Source of the DNA: a virus
Lineage: Duplodnaviria; Caudoviricetes
Virus record (IMG/VR): IMGVR_UViG_3300044825_001479
Span: 1-36,488 of that record
Strand: one strand, 5' to 3'
DNA: 36,488 nt
Within the stretch, counting starts at the first letter, position 1. Each line of letters begins with the position of its first letter. Position numbers and translations under genes: made by a program. Below are positions 15,775 to 23,967 of this stretch, in pieces. The notes below the pieces were generated by a model, which worked only from the letters and a program-made list of their open reading frames with translations, was not told the origin of the DNA and did no database searches.

Positions 15775-18297
15775 TCATTCCTCGTGATTATGTTGCTCGA
15801 AGGGCAACATGCTGTCGGTTTCAGATGGCTCCGGGGTAAGGCCCATATGCACCCAGCCGGAGGCCTCCATGATGGCGTTCGTCAGGTCCTCGGGGATCTC
15901 CAGGCAGCGTAGCTGGTACCGGCCGTCCTTGTTGTCGGCGGTTCCGTACGCTGCTTTCCTGGTGACTAGTTCCAGACCCAGGCTCTGCGCCTGGAAGCGC
16001 ATCGCCTGCTCGGACCCGAGCTGCAGCTCCCGCTCGTCCCTGGCTTCCCTGCTCCACCACCGAGCGAGCTGCGGCAGGTTGACGTACAGGCGCCCGTCTT
16101 TCTGGAACCCGGCCAACGACGGACTGGGCTCGTTCGGCAGGAACGCACCATGTGCCATGTACCAGGCAGGCAAGACCCGAGTGATCATGTAGTGTTCGAC
16201 CTTGCGTTCCTTGGCTCGGTCCATGCACCAGGCATCGACACGCTCTGCGTGGATGCTGGTATCGAGCATCGAGTCCAGAACACGAGCGGCCATGCGTAGG
16301 ATCGCCCACTTGTCAGAGTTTCGACCGGAGCCCAGCCGGTAGGCTCGGAAGTCGTTCGCCATCTCGGCCCTGGCCAGGATAGCCTGGACCAGGTGGCCAG
16401 CAACGACGCCCAGGCCGTCGGGGTACCGGTCCTGGATGAGCACGATATCGTCCCACTGCGGGTAGTCGCCGTGGATCGAGCGCCGCTGCGTTGGCGAGCC
16501 GACCGTCATTGAGATCACTCGGTCGGCCATGGCCCGCTCGTTGTCGATGACCTGGAATCCCTCGCCTGTGATCAACACGGGCGACACCAGGCGCACGGTC
16601 ACCGAGTCGACGAAGCCCTCGCCGCCTTTCTTGGTCACCTCACCCTCGACGGTCGCCTGTCGCAGGAACTCCAGTCGCTGAGGCCCCAGGTCGGTGATGT
16701 CGTCCATCCACACGATGCCGGATCGATTGAGGCTCATCAGGTCCCTGAGGCTGGCCGCAGTGTAGGCACCGTGTCGCATCTTGGCACCCGACAGACCGAC
16801 CATCATCGGGAAGAACCCGGTACTCTTACCGGACTCGGACGGCGCCGAGATCACGACCATCGGGAACTGCGATGTCTGGCGCAGGATCTGGCCCTTGAGT
16901 ACGCACGCCACCCACCAGGCGCCAAACACCGAGCACACTGTCTCCTCGTGGAACGTGAGAACCTCCCGCAGCACGGCGAGTGCCTCCGCCTGGCTACCGT
17001 CGAATCCGTACTCGTAGGGCCGATCGGCGGTACGCATCGCTACGCCGACCGACTCCAGCGTGTCGTGGCCCTTGGGTCGGATCACGTGGGTCGGGGTCAC
17101 AAAGCCGTCGACCTCATCGTTCCAGCCGAGCTGGTCGGCGTATTTGAGGACCGGCGCATCTTGTGAGGTTAGGTACTTGAACATGCGGTCGACCTTGGAC
17201 AGGGATCCTCCAGCGCCGCTAGTGTTGTAGATCGTCGCCTGGTTGCGGATGCACCATAGGTTCATCTTAGGCGGGTGCGCCAGCGTCCTGGCCTCCAAGG
17301 TGCATTCCCGCTCGGTGCCGTCGCTGCGGTGGATCATCAGACGCCAGAAATCGAGCTCGCCTTCGTCGTTGAACACCACACCCAGGACGTGCGGATCGAA
17401 GTCCGACCAAGGAGCCTCGGTGTCCTCTTCGCCCGCCTTGCGTCCCTTCCTGGTGATAAGTAGCTGCTGGCCGTCTCCCCGGAGCCAACCGGTACTGGCG
17501 TCCGCTACTGGGTTCCCGCCGTTCTTGGCTCGCTCGTTGGACCAGATCGAGGTCGTGATCTTGGTGACCTCGGCCTCCTCCAGCGGATCGACCATGCTCC
17601 GGTTAGCCGACCATACCTGGGCGAGCCAGGTATCTTCGTACTTCTCCCGCTTGGCCAGGTGACCGGCCACCGAGGTCAACCATACATTCCGGCCTCCGGC
17701 CTCCGGCGGGTTCGCCAGGAGATCCGCCAGCTGGCTTCCTCCCGGTGCCCTCTCCGTTGCCGTCCCTTGCGTTCTCGGTTGGTCGCTGCTACCTACACCG
17801 CCGCCCTGTCTCAGATAACCGAGGAGAGCCTCCGACGGGGAGGACAGCGTATCGGCGCTAAGAGGGCAGTTCGGCACCCTGGGAACTCCGGTCGGGTGCA
17901 GGGAACCCGGACCCATGACTCCGCCGCCCTCGCCCCGTACGTCGAAGCTCAACTCGTCCTGGTGGACGGACCAGGACGGTAGCACTTCATCCGTTCTGAG
18001 ATAGAAATGGCGGCCTCGGGGAGTCTCGACCTGAAACGTCTCGTCCAGCTCGGGCCAGTTGTCCAGCCACCAATCGGACGTGTGCTGGTTATCCGCATCG
18101 ATGACCACCAGGCGAGACACGGAGCCGCAAAGCACCCATCCCTGGTCGGTCATCCTCGCCCATGCCTGCATCTTGGTGAGGCTGGGCGGTTCAGTCTGGT
18201 ACGGACGCCACTGGATGGAGGGAAGCGAGCTGAGGTCGGATTCTCCCGGCAGAACCACGATGCCGAGTTCGAGTAGCGTTTGCGTGTACGGGTTCAC
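15775..18297 (-). CDS. Bifunctional primase-polymerase (AEP) fused to PriCT-like and P-loop helicase domains
   Basis: LVVIDAD, TPRGRHFY, DVRGEGG..GPGSLHPTG; GGRNVWLTSVAG; Walker A APSESGKST and Walker B VWMDD. GTG at 18297 after AGGAG. Confidence 0.88.
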   Translation of the reverse strand: MNPYTQTLLELGIVVLPGESDLSSLPSIQWRPYQTEPPSLTKMQAWARMTDQGWVLCGSVSRLVVIDADNQHTSDWWLDNWPELDETFQVETPRGRHFYLRTDEVLPSWSVHQDELSFDVRGEGGGVMGPGSLHPTGVPRVPNCPLSADTLSSPSEALLGYLRQGGGVGSSDQPRTQGTATERAPGGSQLADLLANPPEAGGRNVWLTSVAGHLAKREKYEDTWLAQVWSANRSMVDPLEEAEVTKITTSIWSNERAKNGGNPVADASTGWLRGDGQQLLITRKGRKAGEEDTEAPWSDFDPHVLGVVFNDEGELDFWRLMIHRSDGTERECTLEARTLAHPPKMNLWCIRNQATIYNTSGAGGSLSKVDRMFKYLTSQDAPVLKYADQLGWNDEVDGFVTPTHVIRPKGHDTLESVGVAMRTADRPYEYGFDGSQAEALAVLREVLTFHEETVCSVFGAWWVACVLKGQILRQTSQFPMVVISAPSESGKSTGFFPMMVGLSGAKMRHGAYTAASLRDLMSLNRSGIVWMDDITDLGPQRLEFLRQATVEGEVTKKGGEGFVDSVTVRLVSPVLITGEGFQVIDNERAMADRVISMTVGSPTQRRSIHGDYPQWDDIVLIQDRYPDGLGVVAGHLVQAILARAEMANDFRAYRLGSGRNSDKWAILRMAARVLDSMLDTSIHAERVDAWCMDRAKERKVEHYMITRVLPAWYMAHGAFLPNEPSPSLAGFQKDGRLYVNLPQLARWWSREARDERELQLGSEQAMRFQAQSLGLELVTRKAAYGTADNKDGRYQLRCLEIPEDLTNAIMEASGWVHMGLTPEPSETDSMLPFEQHNHEE

Positions 18298-18318
18298 GAC
18301 TCTCCTAGTCGAATACGG

Positions 18319-18361
18319 GCTGGCCGGGTGTGGACCTGGGAGGAACACACACCCGGCCAGC
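18319..18361 (-). other. 14-bp perfect stem-loop between SSB and primase genes
   Basis: gctggccgggtgtg (18319-18332) pairs with cacacccggccagc (18348-18361); 15-nt loop. Confidence 0.75.
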
Positions 18362-18382
18362 GCCGATCATGGGAAGGTGGAC

Positions 18383-18838
18383 TCAGATCTCCGGTGAGTC
18401 AAGGCACGTCCCGACGGCCTGGTAGTCCTTCTCCTCGTCGGTGAGAGCCTCGATGCGGTTCACCACGTTGACGAGCTTCCCGAGCATCTTGCCCCGCTGG
18501 GCCGTCTCCTGGCCGACGATGATGGCGACCTCACGGCCGATCAGCTCGTCGGTGTCGGTGTCCGCCGGGACCTCGAAGGCAGCGAACACGGCGCCGAGAC
18601 GCCACTGCGCTGCCTCGCTCAGGGACGTGTTGTCCCACAGCTTGCGGTCGAAGAAGTCACCTTCTTCGTTCACGGCGTACTGCCACGACCAGTACGGGGC
18701 CTTGTCGGGAGCTGACGCATCCTTGGCGTTGACCTCCAGCAGGCGGCAGATGTATCGGCCTTCGGGCATCGGCCCGGGTCCACCGTCCTCTGCGGCACCT
18801 TCCGCCGCCTTGGCGGTCTTCTGGTTGAGCTTGGGCAT
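18383..18838 (-). CDS. Single-stranded DNA-binding protein (DUF669-like)
   Basis: PMPEGRY, RKLWDNTSL, DTDELIGREV; adjacent to a Sak4-like ATPase. Confidence 0.75.
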   Translation of the reverse strand: MPKLNQKTAKAAEGAAEDGGPGPMPEGRYICRLLEVNAKDASAPDKAPYWSWQYAVNEEGDFFDRKLWDNTSLSEAAQWRLGAVFAAFEVPADTDTDELIGREVAIIVGQETAQRGKMLGKLVNVVNRIEALTDEEKDYQAVGTCLDSPEI

Positions 18839-18842
18839 TGTG

Positions 18843-19850
18843 TCAGTCCTCCTGGGACACGACGTCGGCCTCATCGTCCGTCGTCTGGTTGGTTGGTGTG
18901 CTTGCTGCCTGAGCCAGGGCGGCTCGGGCTTCGATCTGGACGGTATCATTGTCCAGGTCGATCTTGTCCTCGACGTAGCCGACTATGCGGTCGAACGTCG
19001 GGGTGACCATGTTGGCCGGCAGAGCGCCGTAGCGATCCTTGGCCTTGAACCTCCCAGTCGGAACGGTGACGCCCGTGTACAGCGTCGTCTCTCCCGCCTG
19101 GATGGCCCGCATGTTGATAACGATGTCAGAGAAGGCGAAGAGATCGCCCTGCAGAGCCGGGGTTACGTTCGGCCCGATCTCCACCATGCCGTCCTCGTCC
19201 TTGCCCTTGCGGACATGGGCGGTGATGGCCAGGTGAATGGGGAGATCCCGCATCATGCGGTACAGTTCCCGGACCTGGTTGGTCATATCGCCGTAGTCGT
19301 CCTGATAGGTCTTCCACGCTTCCCTGACCTGGCCGCTGCGCTCTGCCTTGCGGACCGCCGTCTTGACCAGGGCGTCGATGAAGATCGGCAGGGTGGCGGT
19401 CATGCTGTCCCACACGATGCCGACGATCTCCTCGCCCTTGGCAATCCGATCCTTCACGTCCCAAAGAAGCTGCAGCATCATCGAGTACTCGATGTCTCGC
19501 CACGGCTCGATGTTCTCGATCGGGATGCCCTGGCGCCGCAGGGCACCGGGCTTCATTCCGGCTTCGGAGTCGATGGCGATGACCTTGCCGAGTCTGGCCA
19601 TAGCCAGGGCGCTCGTCGTCTTGGTCTTGCCCGGGTCCCCGTAGTACAGGACCCGAACGGCCTCCTTTTCGTCTGCCAGTGTGAGCCTCGCCTGGGTGGG
19701 CTTGGGCTCCGGTGGAGGACCGTCGCTGGCGCCGGGATTGGCGTCCGCACTCGGGTCTGGTTCGGACGGGTCAGGCACGTCAGGCGTACCCGTTGTCGTA
19801 GCGGGCCGGGTCGCTGCCCGCTTTGCCGCTGTTGCTTTCCTCGGTGGCAC
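18843..19850 (-). CDS. AAA ATPase, Sak4-like recombinase
   Basis: LYYGDPGKTKT, IDSEAG, VWDS, ITAH, AKDRYG; lies in the exonuclease/SSB module. Start GTG at 19850 is inferred. Confidence 0.82.
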   Translation of the reverse strand: MPPRKATAAKRAATRPATTTGTPDVPDPSEPDPSADANPGASDGPPPEPKPTQARLTLADEKEAVRVLYYGDPGKTKTTSALAMARLGKVIAIDSEAGMKPGALRRQGIPIENIEPWRDIEYSMMLQLLWDVKDRIAKGEEIVGIVWDSMTATLPIFIDALVKTAVRKAERSGQVREAWKTYQDDYGDMTNQVRELYRMMRDLPIHLAITAHVRKGKDEDGMVEIGPNVTPALQGDLFAFSDIVINMRAIQAGETTLYTGVTVPTGRFKAKDRYGALPANMVTPTFDRIVGYVEDKIDLDNDTVQIEARAALAQAASTPTNQTTDDEADVVSQED

Positions 19851-20628
19851 GATTGGCCTCCTCAGTGAGTGCACCTCGTACGGCAACGGACGCTGCGAAC
19901 GTGATACCCGGTAGGGCAACACGACGGACGACGCTGGTGCTCACGTCGCCCTCGTTCCATTGCTGGCCGCAGTAGCCAGAGATCATCTGAATGAAACCAG
20001 ACGCCAGCAGGTGGCAAGCCCGGTCGGCCGTAGCCAGGCGGAACATCTGGGTGGCGTAGGCCAGGTCGATCGACCGTTGGTAGACCTGGGCGGGTGCCAT
20101 CAGGAACGACTCGAACCCAAACTCTCGGGCGATGCGTTCCTGCATCACTGCCAGTTTCTGTTCGTCCCCGTCCATCAGGTCGAGCTGATCCTGGGCCGTG
20201 CCCATCGGGCCGACGATGCCCCGAAATGGAATCCAGTGCTGCCAGCCAAGGAGTGCAGCGTCTCCGGTCAACATGCCCATGTACTGGGCCGACATCGCCA
20301 TCTGGATCAGACTCATATTGTCTACGACGTCGGCGCTCGTCATCCCCAGGTGCAGAACCTCAGGTACGGCCGCTACGTGGAGGTACTCCTCCAGGCTGGC
20401 CTTGACATCGTGGCGGGTCTTGCGCTCCCGTCGCCGGATCGACTCCAGGTCGACGTCATTTTGCGCTCGGACCAGGGCGTCCCTGATCTCGTCGCTGTAC
20501 TCGGTGATTCCACACGACGCCTGGGCAAGCCAAACTGCCTGCCAGATCTCCCGATGGATGATCACTCGCTGCTGATCCGACCATAGCTCGAGGATGGCGG
20601 GGTCAACGTACCTCGTCAGTTCTTGCAC
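19780..20628 (-). CDS. purB: Miniature adenylosuccinate lyase (PurB)-like protein lacking both catalytic loops and the C-terminal domain
   Basis: Has TRY..ELWS, RERKTRHDVKA, HLGMTSADVVDN, RGIVGPMGTAQDQLDL, QVYQRSID, QWNEGDVSTSVVRRVALP. No GRxH or SSxMPxKxN motif; 282 aa. Confidence 0.85.
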   Translation of the reverse strand: MQELTRYVDPAILELWSDQQRVIIHREIWQAVWLAQASCGITEYSDEIRDALVRAQNDVDLESIRRRERKTRHDVKASLEEYLHVAAVPEVLHLGMTSADVVDNMSLIQMAMSAQYMGMLTGDAALLGWQHWIPFRGIVGPMGTAQDQLDLMDGDEQKLAVMQERIAREFGFESFLMAPAQVYQRSIDLAYATQMFRLATADRACHLLASGFIQMISGYCGQQWNEGDVSTSVVRRVALPGITFAASVAVRGALTEEANRATEESNSGKAGSDPARYDNGYA

Positions 20629-20669
20629 TTCGGCTTTCTCCCAGGTCGTGGCCCCGTGGGGCCGGTAGT

Positions 20670-20681
20670 AGTGTACCAGGC
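20670..20681 (-). promoter_or_regulatory. Extended -10 promoter (GCCTGG-TACACT) upstream of the purB-like/replication operon
   Basis: Same GCCTGG-TAnnnT context as the promoters at 22792 and 26247. Confidence 0.55.
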
Positions 20682-20699
20682 GGGCAGGGGCGCCGCCAC

Positions 20700-20876
20700 C
20701 TACCCCCTACACGCCCACAGAATGACGCAGACAAACGCCAACACGAAGGCCAGGAAGGCGAGCCCGAAAGCGCAACCTCCGAGCACCCTGTTGTTCTCAG
20801 TGTCCTGCTGCATCCTGGCCCACTCGAACGCACCGACAAGCTGCGGTTCGTCGATTTCGGACTGGTCGTCGTTCAC
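20700..20876 (-). CDS. Small membrane protein
   Basis: GTG at 20876 after GGGAGG; C-terminal hydrophobic helix CAFGLAFLAFVLAFVCVILW. Confidence 0.55.
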   Translation of the reverse strand: MNDDQSEIDEPQLVGAFEWARMQQDTENNRVLGGCAFGLAFLAFVLAFVCVILWACRG

Positions 20877-20956
20877 TGGTCCTCCCTTAGGACGGTGGGT
20901 TGATCGGGTGCGGGCAGTCGGTACAGTCGGTTCCGTAGGCCGGTCAGGTCGATCAT
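20873..20956 (-). CDS. Putative 27-aa peptide (MIDLTGLRNRLYRLPAPDQPTVLREDQ)
   Basis: GGAGG RBS and GTGA overlap with the next gene; below the ORF-track cutoff. Confidence 0.4.
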   Translation of the reverse strand: MIDLTGLRNRLYRLPAPDQPTVLREDQ

Positions 20957-20970
20957 CGCTTCCTCCACGT

Positions 20971-21159
20971 CTACCTGGGTTCCGCACGTCGGACAGTGGG
21001 AACGATGACCCACACGACGACCGCCCCGACCACCTGGTCAGCGCACGACATCAAGCAGTTGATCGGACCGAGGACCAGATCGTCGTCCTGTTCTTCGGAG
21101 CCAATGACGCACAGCCACATTCGGTCGTCGTCATCTAGGATCACGGTGCCCTTTTCCAT
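20971..21159 (-). CDS. Hypothetical protein
   Basis: ATG at 21159 overlaps the nuclease stop (TAATG). Confidence 0.5.
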   Translation of the reverse strand: MEKGTVILDDDDRMWLCVIGSEEQDDDLVLGPINCLMSCADQVVGAVVVWVIVPTVRRAEPR

Positions 21160-22091
21160 TAGTGCCTCGTCAGGTCGACTCGGAATCCGTAGTCTTCCAT
21201 GAGTCGCCGCTCGTCCTGGCCCTTGCGACCAGCCAGGCACGTCTCGGTGTAGTCGCATCTCCACTTGCACGTGTCGGAGTTGGGGTGCCTCTCGGTCTGG
21301 CCCTTGTAGTACAGCGTGTGCATCGTCTCGAACGCCTCGTTAGCGACCGTGATCAGCTCCATGTCGGTGCGGTTCATCAGCGTCCGCTTGAAGCGGTCGG
21401 CCGGGGTCGAGCCCGCTGGCTGCTGTTTGCTGACCGATCCGTCCTTGTTGAGGCTCCTGCCCTGGTCGTCCACCGGTCGACTATCGGGCGCTGGCATCTT
21501 GGTGCGCACGGCGTTGTGGAGCGAACCGAAGATCGGTCGCCCGAGCTGGCGCATCGCCCACGAGTACAGGCCGAACTGATCATCCAAGGCGAGTTCCTTG
21601 TCGGTTGGCAATCGGGCGCATGTCTTGTGGTCGACTACCCACAGGCGCCCGTTCCATAGGACAATCAGGTCGATCTTGCCCTTGATGTGGATGCGGGACC
21701 GGCGCCCGTTTCCGTCCGCTGCCGGGTAGCGCAGCGGCACCTGGAACGGAAGCTCAATAGCAACGATCTTCCATCCGTTACGGGAGTCGTCGCCGTAGTG
21801 ATCGGCGTATCCCTCGAACATCCACCACAGGAGATCGTCCTCGGAGCCTCGGAAGCTCGGATCTCGGTGCTGGTTACAGAATTCGTAGATCTCCTGACGG
21901 CGGACGTCCTCGGGCTTGGTCCGGTCGTACCAGACCTCCATCATGGTGTGCCAGCTCGTGCCCCGGTTCAGCGCCGGGGAGCTGCTGTCTTTGCGCCAGC
22001 GCTCCTGGTAGCTCAGGACGTGCTTGTGCGGGCACTGCCTGGCCGTGTCGATTTCGGACCACGACACGATGTGCTCGGGTGCGGCGTTCAT
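21159..22091 (-). CDS. PD-(D/E)XK (RecB/Cas4-like) exonuclease
   Basis: SWS...CP, GTSWH, IELPF, GKIDLI, VVDHKT, QFGLY, C-terminal CKWRCDYTETC. Confidence 0.88.
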   Translation of the reverse strand: MNAAPEHIVSWSEIDTARQCPHKHVLSYQERWRKDSSSPALNRGTSWHTMMEVWYDRTKPEDVRRQEIYEFCNQHRDPSFRGSEDDLLWWMFEGYADHYGDDSRNGWKIVAIELPFQVPLRYPAADGNGRRSRIHIKGKIDLIVLWNGRLWVVDHKTCARLPTDKELALDDQFGLYSWAMRQLGRPIFGSLHNAVRTKMPAPDSRPVDDQGRSLNKDGSVSKQQPAGSTPADRFKRTLMNRTDMELITVANEAFETMHTLYYKGQTERHPNSDTCKWRCDYTETCLAGRKGQDERRLMEDYGFRVDLTRH

Positions 22092-22417
22092 GCCTTCCTC
22101 CATCCGTCGGCGCCCCAGGTCATCCGCTTGCGGCCCTTGGACTTGATCATGGTCGGGTGACTGGAGACGATGCGGTAGCACTCGCTCCACATCGTGTGCG
22201 GGTTGTTCCGCTGGTAGATGATGACTCGGGACTGGGCCAGGTCGTGCCAGTTGCGGATCAGTTCAGCCGCAGCGGCTAGCGCCTCGTCTATGTCGGCTGC
22301 GTAGCCAACCAGGGCATCCGGCGCCCGGTTCTCCGGGTCGGCCGTATCCTCGATCCTGATCATGTGAGTAGATCCGGCCGAAGGAGGAGCGTCCTCCATG
22401 AAATATCGGTGTGTCAT
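22088..22417 (-). CDS. Hypothetical protein
   Basis: ATG at 22417 after GGGAGG; ATGA overlap with the nuclease gene. Confidence 0.6.
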   Translation of the reverse strand: MTHRYFMEDAPPSAGSTHMIRIEDTADPENRAPDALVGYAADIDEALAAAAELIRNWHDLAQSRVIIYQRNNPHTMWSECYRIVSSHPTMIKSKGRKRMTWGADGWRKA

Positions 22418-22571
22418 CGGTTGTTTCCTCCCAGGCCCGGACCCGGGCCATTTCTCGGTGCATGTTGATTTCCCATCGCTTGTGGTCACGGTGAGCCATG
22501 GACAGCCAGAGAACGACCACGACGGTCGAACCTCCCCAGATCACAGCGGCGACAACCATTACGGTGCGCAT
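22263..22571 (-). CDS. Small membrane-anchored protein (3' half overlaps next gene; true extent uncertain)
   Basis: GGGAGG RBS and an N-terminal hydrophobic helix. Confidence 0.4.
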   Translation of the reverse strand: MRTVMVVAAVIWGGSTVVVVLWLSMAHRDHKRWEINMHREMARVRAWEETTDDTPIFHGGRSSFGRIYSHDQDRGYGRPGEPGAGCPGWLRSRHRRGASRCG

Positions 22572-22671
22572 TTGACGACCTCCCGGGTCGGTTGCGCTCG
22601 ACCCGGGCGCCGGGACTGGCGGATGTTAGGAGACTCCAAACCCCAGTCTACCGGTCGCCCGGGTCGGGCGT

Positions 22672-22749
22672 TCAGTCGCCCTGCGCCCGGAGCAGCGCCA
22701 ATTGAAGGCGGTACCAGGCCAGTACGATTCGAGCTTCCTTGTCGTCCAC
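22672..22749 (-). CDS. Putative 25-aa peptide (MDDKEARIVLAWYRLQLALLRAQGD)
   Basis: GTG behind the GACCTGGGAGGTC start motif; first ORF after the 22792 promoter. Confidence 0.5.
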   Translation of the reverse strand: MDDKEARIVLAWYRLQLALLRAQGD

Positions 22750-22791
22750 TTTCGACCTCCCAGGTCAGTAATGGTGAGTGGCGGTAGGGCC

Positions 22792-22821
22792 ATAGTACCA
22801 GGCCGTTGCGCCGGGCGCAAA
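22792..22821 (-). promoter_or_regulatory. SigA-like promoter TTGCGC-17-TACTAT overlapped by a palindromic operator
   Basis: Shares the 15-mer CGCAACGGCCTGGTA with the promoter at 26247-26276. Confidence 0.7.
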
Positions 22822-22822
22822 C

Positions 22823-23098
22823 CTAGCAGGGTGAACCCGGCTCGCCTGGCTTGTAGACCGTGGCGTCCCCAGCGACTACGCAGGTCGCTGGGCCAAGCTG
22901 ACCGGTGCAACCGGCGTACTCGGTACCGCCCTCCAGGGCGCCGTCGCACTGCGCCCAGGTCGTGCTCGTGGTGGCGTCCCGGTTATCCCGAGCGTCGCCC
23001 CGGGAGCACCCGGCCAGAATAAGCGGGAACAACCCCAGGGCGATCAGGAACCCGATCGCTGCCAGCTCCAGCAGGATACCGCGGACCGTGCGGTTCAT
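22823..23098 (-). CDS. Putative lipoprotein
   Basis: Basic N-terminus, hydrophobic stretch, lipobox LAGC, four further Cys. Confidence 0.6.
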   Translation of the reverse strand: MNRTVRGILLELAAIGFLIALGLFPLILAGCSRGDARDNRDATTSTTWAQCDGALEGGTEYAGCTGQLGPATCVVAGDATVYKPGEPGSPC

Positions 23099-23967
23099 GA
23101 TGCCACCTCGGCGTCGTGTGCCTCATAGTCGAACGTGCCGTCAACGATGGCCTTGGCGTTGTCCCCCGTGATGATCACCTGGGGATTGTCGTCCTTGCGG
23201 CTCCAGCGACCCAGGTCCCGAATGATCCGACCCGCTTCCTTCATCAGCTCCAGGCGGGCGATGTTCTCCCTGGCCCGAGCTTCGGCGTCCTCGGACTTGG
23301 CTGCTCGGACGACTCGGGGGTCGGCTTTGGGGCGTGCCGCCACCTCCTTAGCCTTGTCCAGGAACTTAAGCCAGCCCCGCTCCTCCAACTGAGCGTAGGC
23401 ATTCATCCCGAGACGATTCTCGTTCACGTCCTCGGACCCCTCGCCCTGAATGGCCAGCTTGACCAGGGCGGACTTGTGCTTGGCGTCGTGGCCGGGTAGG
23501 TAACGACCTCCACCGGTCGTGCCCTTGCAGCCACACTCGCAGTCACGACCCTGGGTCTGGCGGCGCTGCTCTTTCTTGGCCTGCGCCGTCTTGCGCTTCT
23601 TCACGATCTTTTCGATCGTCTTGGCGTCGGGCGTCTCGGCCTCGATCTTCTCCTGCTCGGTGAGGTACCGATCGACGGAAGCCAGAGCGGTAAGGTGGCT
23701 ACGCCGCATCGACCGGCGAACCCGGGTCTCATCTTGGGTCGATCCGTCGGCCAGGTCGGCAGACTGCTGAGCGAACTTACCCGTGGCGTAATAGTGGCTG
23801 GCTTCCTTCAGCGCCCAACCTCGCTGGTTGGCCACCGCAACTCGCAGCTCCGCCCAGGTGTCGTAAGCGTGGACCTCGCAGGTCGTCGCCGTGATGTTCT
23901 CCACTACGAAACCCTCGTTTACCAGGGCCGTGATCTGGTGGCTTGTCCTGCCTGTCAGCTTCATCAT
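23095..23967 (-). CDS. Hypothetical early protein with CxCGC...PGHDA motif
   Basis: Start placed at 23967 behind GACCTGGGAGGTC; contains CECGCKGTTGGGRYLPGHDAKHKSAL. Confidence 0.7.
   Translation of the reverse strand: MMKLTGRTSHQITALVNEGFVVENITATTCEVHAYDTWAELRVAVANQRGWALKEASHYYATGKFAQQSADLADGSTQDETRVRRSMRRSHLTALASVDRYLTEQEKIEAETPDAKTIEKIVKKRKTAQAKKEQRRQTQGRDCECGCKGTTGGGRYLPGHDAKHKSALVKLAIQGEGSEDVNENRLGMNAYAQLEERGWLKFLDKAKEVAARPKADPRVVRAAKSEDAEARARENIARLELMKEAGRIIRDLGRWSRKDDNPQVIITGDNAKAIVDGTFDYEAHDAEVAS

Noticed and set aside
19780-20628. purB-like gene as a decayed host pseudogene
   Set aside because: No stops or frameshifts, the deletions are in frame, binding motifs are retained and expression signals are present. 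Not fully excluded without homologs.
21159-22091. Cas4-like nuclease as a sign of CRISPR
   Set aside because: No repeat-spacer array or other cas genes; it sits in a standard exonuclease/ATPase/SSB recombination module.
22626-22949. 107-aa minus-strand ORF or its ATG at 22793
   Set aside because: That ATG overlaps the -10 hexamer TACTAT and has no RBS; the 25-aa ORF in another frame has better signals.
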